From positions 1-50,365 of the forward strand of contig CALELH010000464.1 in the NCBI GenBank assembly GCA_937902595.1: 50,365 bases of DNA, in the 5' to 3' direction. Source of the DNA: an uncultured Myxococcales bacterium (lineage in GTDB: Bacteria; Myxococcota_A; Bradymonadia; UBA7976; UBA1532). The translations under genes were made by a program, and so were the position numbers. The first letter of the stretch is position 1. Each line of letters opens with the position of its first letter. Of the stretch, positions 47,001 through 50,365 are shown one piece after another. The notes beneath the pieces were generated by a model. It worked only from the letters and a program-made list of their open reading frames with translations, ran no database searches and was not told the origin of the DNA.

Positions 47001-48592
47001 CGAACACGGATCGGGTAGAGCCCATCATCACCGAGAGTCATCTCGACCCGGTCCAAGCCTGGACCCGCCCTCTCAAAGACACCATCGCCGTCCAGGTCAT
47101 ACCCATATGTGATCGGGTCTTCCCCTGGATCGCGAGCGATGATTTGGAGAACGAACGGGACACCCTCCGGCACACGAGCCGGCGCGAGAACTTGGAGAAT
47201 CTCGGGCGCCACGTTGCGCACGATGACCTCAGTCACCTGCTCAGATCGGCCCCCATCATCGTCTTGAACGACGACTCGCAAATTGAAAACTCCATCCTCT
47301 AGATACCGATGCTGCGCTCGCGCATCTGCCAGGCCGTCAGTGTCGATGCGACCGTCTCCATCCCAGTCAAAATCAAAGGTCAGTTCGTCAGCGCCAGGCT
47401 CCGTGTAGCGCACCTCCACATCCAAGTTGTCCCCCTCAACGATGGGGCTCGATGTAGAGACCGAGTCAATGCGCGGTGGGACATTCAGCACCTGGACCCT
47501 GGCTCGATCGACGTCAGTCTTTCCGCCAGCGTCGGTGACGCGAAGAGCGATGGACAAAACACCGTTGTCAGGGAAAGTTTGCGTCGTGTTCGCCGTGTCG
47601 GCGTCAACGAAGTTCATCTGCCCGTCATCTGAGAGGTCCCACGCATACTCCAGGGCTGCCGCTTCAGCGTCGAAGGACTGAAGCCCACTGAGCTCTAGGG
47701 GCATGCCTTCATTGACGGTGTATGGACCGCCGGCGTCGGCGACAGGCGCTGCGTTATCAGGAGAGATGTCAAAGTTAAGCGTCAGCTCGCGCTGGGCGTC
47801 CGTCAAGCCAAAGATGGCGTCTACGGATCGAACACGCTGCAGGCTACGTAGCTCTGCCAGCGTGTCTCTACGTACGGGGTTCTGAGTGATAATCGTTAAG
47901 AGTCCCACGGTCTGCCCAGCTGGGATCCGTAGGTCCTGATAATCCCAAGCGAGGCTGCCCTGCGCGCCGTCCACTGGGTAACCCTGGGATAGACGACGCA
48001 CGTCTACACGCGCGCCGGCTCCCTGCAGGAGGACGCCTGTCGCCGAGAAACCTGCGGCCTCTTGATTATCGTCGAGGACAAACCAGCGATCATCTGGTTG
48101 AAGCGCAGCATCATCTGACTGGGTGCGCCAAATGGAGCCGATCGCCGCCGCCAACCGTCCACCCTCATCCGAGGTTGTGCCCAATCGTACGGACACCGTG
48201 ACGTCGACGGCTTGTGGATTCCTGAGTGTGTCCAAATAGCGGACAAAGCCATCGGCGAGCTCGCCCCCGGCCGACGGCACATAGATCCTTCGTTGAATCT
48301 CCAGGCCCGTCGGATGCTGTTGCAGCGCCGTTCGGAGCTGTCGACCGTTGAGCTCCGGTGTCGACGCCGCGCCCCCAGCTGAATACACATCAGCGGCTGC
48401 GCACGGGGCGTCACACTCGGCGCAGACACGCACACAAAGCTGAGGCCAACCACTAAACTCTACGGGACCCTCTAGACCACCATGAGCCGTATCCGCGATT
48501 TGATACAGTTGACCGTTAGGGCTCTGGAGTGGAGTTTGAGCCCAGGACACACTCACCCACCCGAAACTGAGCAGGAGCAACGCTATCCTCAT
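44030..48592 (-). CDS. giant secreted PKD-repeat surface protein with TSP3-like acidic region, FN3-like repeats and a Cys-motif/TM/basic C-terminal sorting tail
   Basis: The ATG at 48592 is preceded by GGAGGAAAAG and gives the signal peptide MRIALLLLSFGWVSVSWA. At least seven PKD-like units carry a (F/W/Y)D(F/L)D-x-DG motif (FDFDWDGDG, YDLDGDGVF, FDFDNDGDF, WDFDGDGQF, FDFDDDGEI, WDLDGDGVV). An acidic DEDGDGLPD...DPDMDGRDN segment is present. The C-terminus is SDGCGCDTWQTRRPSGVFLVMLLVLALGYRPRFHP. Confidence 0.85.
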   Translation of the reverse strand: MRIALLLLSFGWVSVSWAQTPLQSPNGQLYQIADTAHGGLEGPVEFSGWPQLCVRVCAECDAPCAAADVYSAGGAASTPELNGRQLRTALQQHPTGLEIQRRIYVPSAGGELADGFVRYLDTLRNPQAVDVTVSVRLGTTSDEGGRLAAAIGSIWRTQSDDAALQPDDRWFVLDDNQEAAGFSATGVLLQGAGARVDVRRLSQGYPVDGAQGSLAWDYQDLRIPAGQTVGLLTIITQNPVRRDTLAELRSLQRVRSVDAIFGLTDAQRELTLNFDISPDNAAPVADAGGPYTVNEGMPLELSGLQSFDAEAAALEYAWDLSDDGQMNFVDADTANTTQTFPDNGVLSIALRVTDAGGKTDVDRARVQVLNVPPRIDSVSTSSPIVEGDNLDVEVRYTEPGADELTFDFDWDGDGRIDTDGLADARAQHRYLEDGVFNLRVVVQDDDGGRSEQVTEVIVRNVAPEILQVLAPARVPEGVPFVLQIIARDPGEDPITYGYDLDGDGVFERAGPGLDRVEMTLGDDGLYPIRVRICDDEAACTERDLSINVENVRPVIERIDVTTPINEGDLARLTVFANDVEGDPLTYAFDFDNDGDFADDIPGQRDGSIAIPFSDDGVYTVGVRVEDGDGGRVLDSVEVVVDNVAPFVLLRGPAGTRQGIEEVFTCQATDPGADRLVYDWDFDGDGQFELRAARAEERHTFPVQATIEIGCRVRDGDGGETVARHRIVVANERPTLELRVDSPQDEGTEVVIRAIAADAGGDELLYTFDFDDDGEIDLGPTNNPIARHVYPNQGFYRIRVVVTDGVDSIDASVQIQIVNRAPIVRLSSNTPINEGETLELTAEVLEPGADQVTLRWDLDGDGVVDPGVEDIVDGDEVFRSLVIEDDMRINVTVWADDGDGGVAEAVTAVNVRNLDPLFAENYFPPAAHEGRPYNRSIPASDPAGLNDPLRYSLVEPLPGIDIEAGTGLLLWVPTYSHFMSSPITLRVRIDDGDGGTAQRDIDFEVLPIDEDGDGLPDTYESMTCSPDDVCLDPSNPDDADDDPDMDGRDNRTEWAEGTNPFQFEGPELTELVSPVDGERVPTHTPTLVTRRAEDSRGEQVRIQFQVFRDADGMDELVISDPIEQPEMGDTSWVVPEALLDEDVSYWWRARVLTETAETRWTDVWRFRTNAENTAPTAPMPIAPPDGAQVDNLQPTLRVTRSTDADEDTLRYIFRVYDQAGEIFTTGEGVPSDDEVHLQTPALVENGRFTWDVVAIDEASAESEAWAPWSLSIDAENTVPTVPTLRAPAEDMTVTELNPLMTAGGSSDEDGDSIQYVFSVRSADGEILESSDPVDSGESGDASWTPAIPLMEDSQYSATVYALDDRGGVSETVEHDFFVSVENSPPPVPVHASPVDGGQLFPGEVILAWQTVEDPERGVVTYVVEFCEGERCTRTEPQEFGALNLSEQTASGGVYTWRVQSYDPEGMTSGPSDPWTFSVIDTGGSEASDGCGCDTWQTRRPSGVFLVMLLVLALGYRPRFHP

Positions 48593-49148
48593 CTTTTCCT
48601 CCCAAGGAGACTCGTTCGACCTGCCACTTACCCCCGGCACGTCGCGCCCGGACAGTCTAGCAGAGACTCGTGACTAAAGTCGCGGAGGTCCGCATGACTT
48701 ACAACACATCAGGCACAGTCTGGGAGGAGTCGCCCTCGCGGGAGACCATCGACCACGACCTGCGGCGGCATGGATCCGGCGGATCCAAGCCTTAGAACCT
48801 AGAACAGCTCTCGCAAGTGAAACGCGAATCAAAGAGGGGTGGATTTAGGGAGTTGTGGAGAAGATAAAAAACCCCACATCATTTTATCGGCTCTATTGGG
48901 ACGAACTTGAAAAAAAAGTCGCTTATTTTTCAAAAAAAATAAACACGTAAACACCTGTTTTTATTAAGTTTTCAAATTCTCGCACTGATAACACACAAAC
49001 GAATTTAGGTGGGGCGCTAAGAAACTGCCCAAAACGAACGATGTCTTGGGTGGCCAAGGGACCAGTATCAACTGATACCCAGGCGCTCCGCGAATCGAGA
49101 CCCATCGAACGTGGATTCCATCGCTCGGCAAATACCCCGGCCGGGCTC

Positions 49149-49178
49149 ATGAGCCCGACTGCCCCCAGTCGGGCTCAT
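49149..49178. other. perfect 12-bp-stem hairpin (terminator-like on the plus strand)
   Basis: atgagcccgact / gccccc / agtcgggctcat, followed on the plus strand by ccttttct. The left arm can alternatively pair with an upstream copy of cgggctcat (49142-49150). Confidence 0.5.
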
Positions 49179-49194
49179 CCTTTTCTAGCAAGGA

Positions 49195-49227
49195 CTCCCC
49201 GGGACCGGAGACACCGGTCCCGGGGAG
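49195..49227. other. perfect 14-bp-stem hairpin downstream of the Reg_prop gene (candidate U-tract-less terminator)
   Basis: ctccccgggaccgg / agaca / ccggtcccggggag. It begins 87 nt past the minus-strand stop at 49314, and no T-run follows on either strand. Confidence 0.5.
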
Positions 49228-49313
49228 AATCCTCAAAGCAAGATGAGCGTACGTGATCCAGCCCCGGGGGAGACCAACCAAAGGCAAGACACACCAGCTT
49301 ACCCAGGTTAGGC

Positions 49314-50365
49314 CTAGCTAGACGGGGAGTCTGATGGATGGACTGGAGGGTTCTCAACCAGAGGTAACCGAATTCGAGCCACGCCCCAATCGGCACGGAC
49401 CCAAACCGCGTCGTCTTCAGCGAACAGCTCGTAAGCACTCCACCCAGGGAGACCATTATGAGTCGTGGAGCGGACAAACGTTCCATCTGGGCTCAGCGCG
49501 CTTACGCCTCCATTTGTCGCGACATATAGGGTGCCATCCGAGCCAATAACCATGTCATTGACGCGGTTATCTAATAGACCTGATTGCACGGTATATTCAG
49601 CCGAATCTCCTTCGGGAAGGGTTCTCTTAAACACGCCGCCATCCGTACCGATCCACAGGGCTCCATCAGCGTCTATAGCGAGGGCCCGCGCTGAAATGTT
49701 TGGTAAGGTGGATCGACTCAGCTGACTCCACTCGTTGGTCTCAAGATCTAGGATCCCAACTCCAGCAGCGGTCGCCGCGTACAGCGTATTGCCATGCAGT
49801 AAGAGGTCTCGAACATCGTCGGAAGGTAATCCACCGTCGGTGAACGCAAAGTTGAGCGCTTGGAGACTCCCATTCATGATGCGAATCACCCCGCCGTCCG
49901 TCGCCATCCACCAAGAACGGTCATCGACGACGATGATCTCTCTCAGGCTGGCCCCTTCGATCACAGGAAGGCCGGCCGCGCGCGTAGCGCTCCATCGACC
50001 GTTCTGATTGAGCTTCGCGAAGCCCTCTCCATCAAAAGCACACCAGAGCGTGTCCCCAGCGACCTGAGGTGTTCCACAGCTCACCGGTGGCGCGCTGAAC
50101 TCGTCTGGCATGCTCTGAGGCACGATCTCGCCACCAACGAGGCGATCTCCGATTGGACGCCCATCCTGAAGACCGACGACCATCGGTCCACCTCCTGGTC
50201 CCACGGTGAGCCGAGCTGACTCGCCCTCTCCGCGCAGCGAGTGAGCGGCTCGCTCTCCAACATAGCTCTCGGTCACCATCTGACCCGCGCCAAGCACCGA
50301 GAGACCGCCACGGCTATCGTCGTCACCACAAACATTTACGAAGAGCTCTTTACCCGCCTGATCCA
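49314..50365 (-). CDS. Reg_prop-type (two-component regulator propeller) beta-propeller repeat protein, 3' part (gene continues past the right window edge)
   Basis: Repeats include GLPSDDVRDLLLHGNTLYAATAAGVGILD, LPNISARALAIDADGALWIGTDGGVFK and GLLDNRVNDMVIGSDGTLYVATNGGVSAL. The track start at 50297 is an internal GTG. The same frame stays open to the window end (..DQAGKELFVNVCGDDDSRGGLSVLGAGQMV..). Confidence 0.75.
   Translation of the reverse strand, partial: DQAGKELFVNVCGDDDSRGGLSVLGAGQMVTESYVGERAAHSLRGEGESARLTVGPGGGPMVVGLQDGRPIGDRLVGGEIVPQSMPDEFSAPPVSCGTPQVAGDTLWCAFDGEGFAKLNQNGRWSATRAAGLPVIEGASLREIIVVDDRSWWMATDGGVIRIMNGSLQALNFAFTDGGLPSDDVRDLLLHGNTLYAATAAGVGILDLETNEWSQLSRSTLPNISARALAIDADGALWIGTDGGVFKRTLPEGDSAEYTVQSGLLDNRVNDMVIGSDGTLYVATNGGVSALSPDGTFVRSTTHNGLPGWSAYELFAEDDAVWVRADWGVARIRLPLVENPPVHPSDSPSS

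Noticed and set aside
44032-48453. Numerous 60-170-aa ORFs on both strands inside the PKD adhesin gene, with similar ones inside nrdJ, the kinase, GT4 and the PilT-like gene
   Set aside because: All are nested in long, motif-supported genes and have low-complexity Arg/Ser/Pro-rich translations. They are shadow ORFs, as expected in GC-rich coding DNA.
49010-49260. tmRNA, RNase P, SRP RNA or c-di-GMP riboswitch in the intergenic region; small ORFs 48923..49150 (-), 49041..49256 (+) and 49175..49486 (-)
   Set aside because: None of the hallmark motifs were found: the GGAAAGTCCGGGC of RNase P, the GGAAGCAGC of SRP domain IV, or a tRNA-like 3' end with a T-loop for tmRNA. The small ORFs have biased Arg/Ser/Pro composition and overlap the hairpins, so the region is reported only as structured non-coding DNA.
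1-50365. Mobile elements, prophage, integrative island boundaries, toxin-antitoxin pairs, CRISPR-Cas
   Set aside because: I found no integrase, transposase or recombinase motifs and no tRNA gene that could serve as an att site. I also found no long terminal direct or inverted repeats and no regularly spaced repeat arrays.

Overview
About 50 kb of moderately GC-rich bacterial chromosome. There are about 37 protein-coding genes and no rRNA, tRNA, CRISPR array, transposase or integrase that I can see. Clear housekeeping genes are glyQS (10829-12379), class II B12-dependent ribonucleotide reductase nrdJ (20959-24654) and gltX (25976-27469). The remainder is mostly envelope, secretion and signalling content. 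It includes a Ser/Thr kinase with a zinc ribbon and PEGA tail, a PilT-type ATPase fused to a cyclic-nucleotide-binding domain, a GT4 glycosyltransferase and an M50 site-2 protease. It also includes a DUF58/TgpA-transglutaminase/MoxR triad, cysteine-rich lipoproteins, a roughly 1520-aa PKD-repeat surface protein, and proteins ending in a Cys motif + hydrophobic helix + basic tail. That gene mix suggests a Myxococcota/Bradymonadia-like organism, which is inference only. Two genes run off the window edges and are missing or truncated in the ORF track: a multiheme cytochrome c at 1-729 (-) and a Reg_prop beta-propeller protein at 49314->50365 (-). Several track ORFs begin at upstream TTG/GTG codons that overlap neighbouring genes, so I re-called those starts by hand. 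The most unusual locus is a tightly coupled 7-8 gene plus-strand operon (30234-42676). It joins a permuted DUF58-TgpA-MoxR module, with no vWA partner, to a TPR-like protein, a triplicated all-MORN secreted protein and two cysteine-rich lipoproteins. Secondary candidates are a 104-aa protein carrying the GyrA/ParC LPDVRDGL signature, the cNMP-T2SSE_N-PilT fusion, and an orphan AlbA_2/Schlafen-like protein. Further candidates are an ATP-grasp/methyltransferase/deacetylase/MBL tailoring island, a dense array of NrdR-like ATAT boxes upstream of nrdJ, and a structured AT-rich intergenic region upstream of the giant adhesin. Nothing here looks like a classical defence island or mobile element. All family assignments come from motifs read by eye and need HMM or structure searches to confirm.
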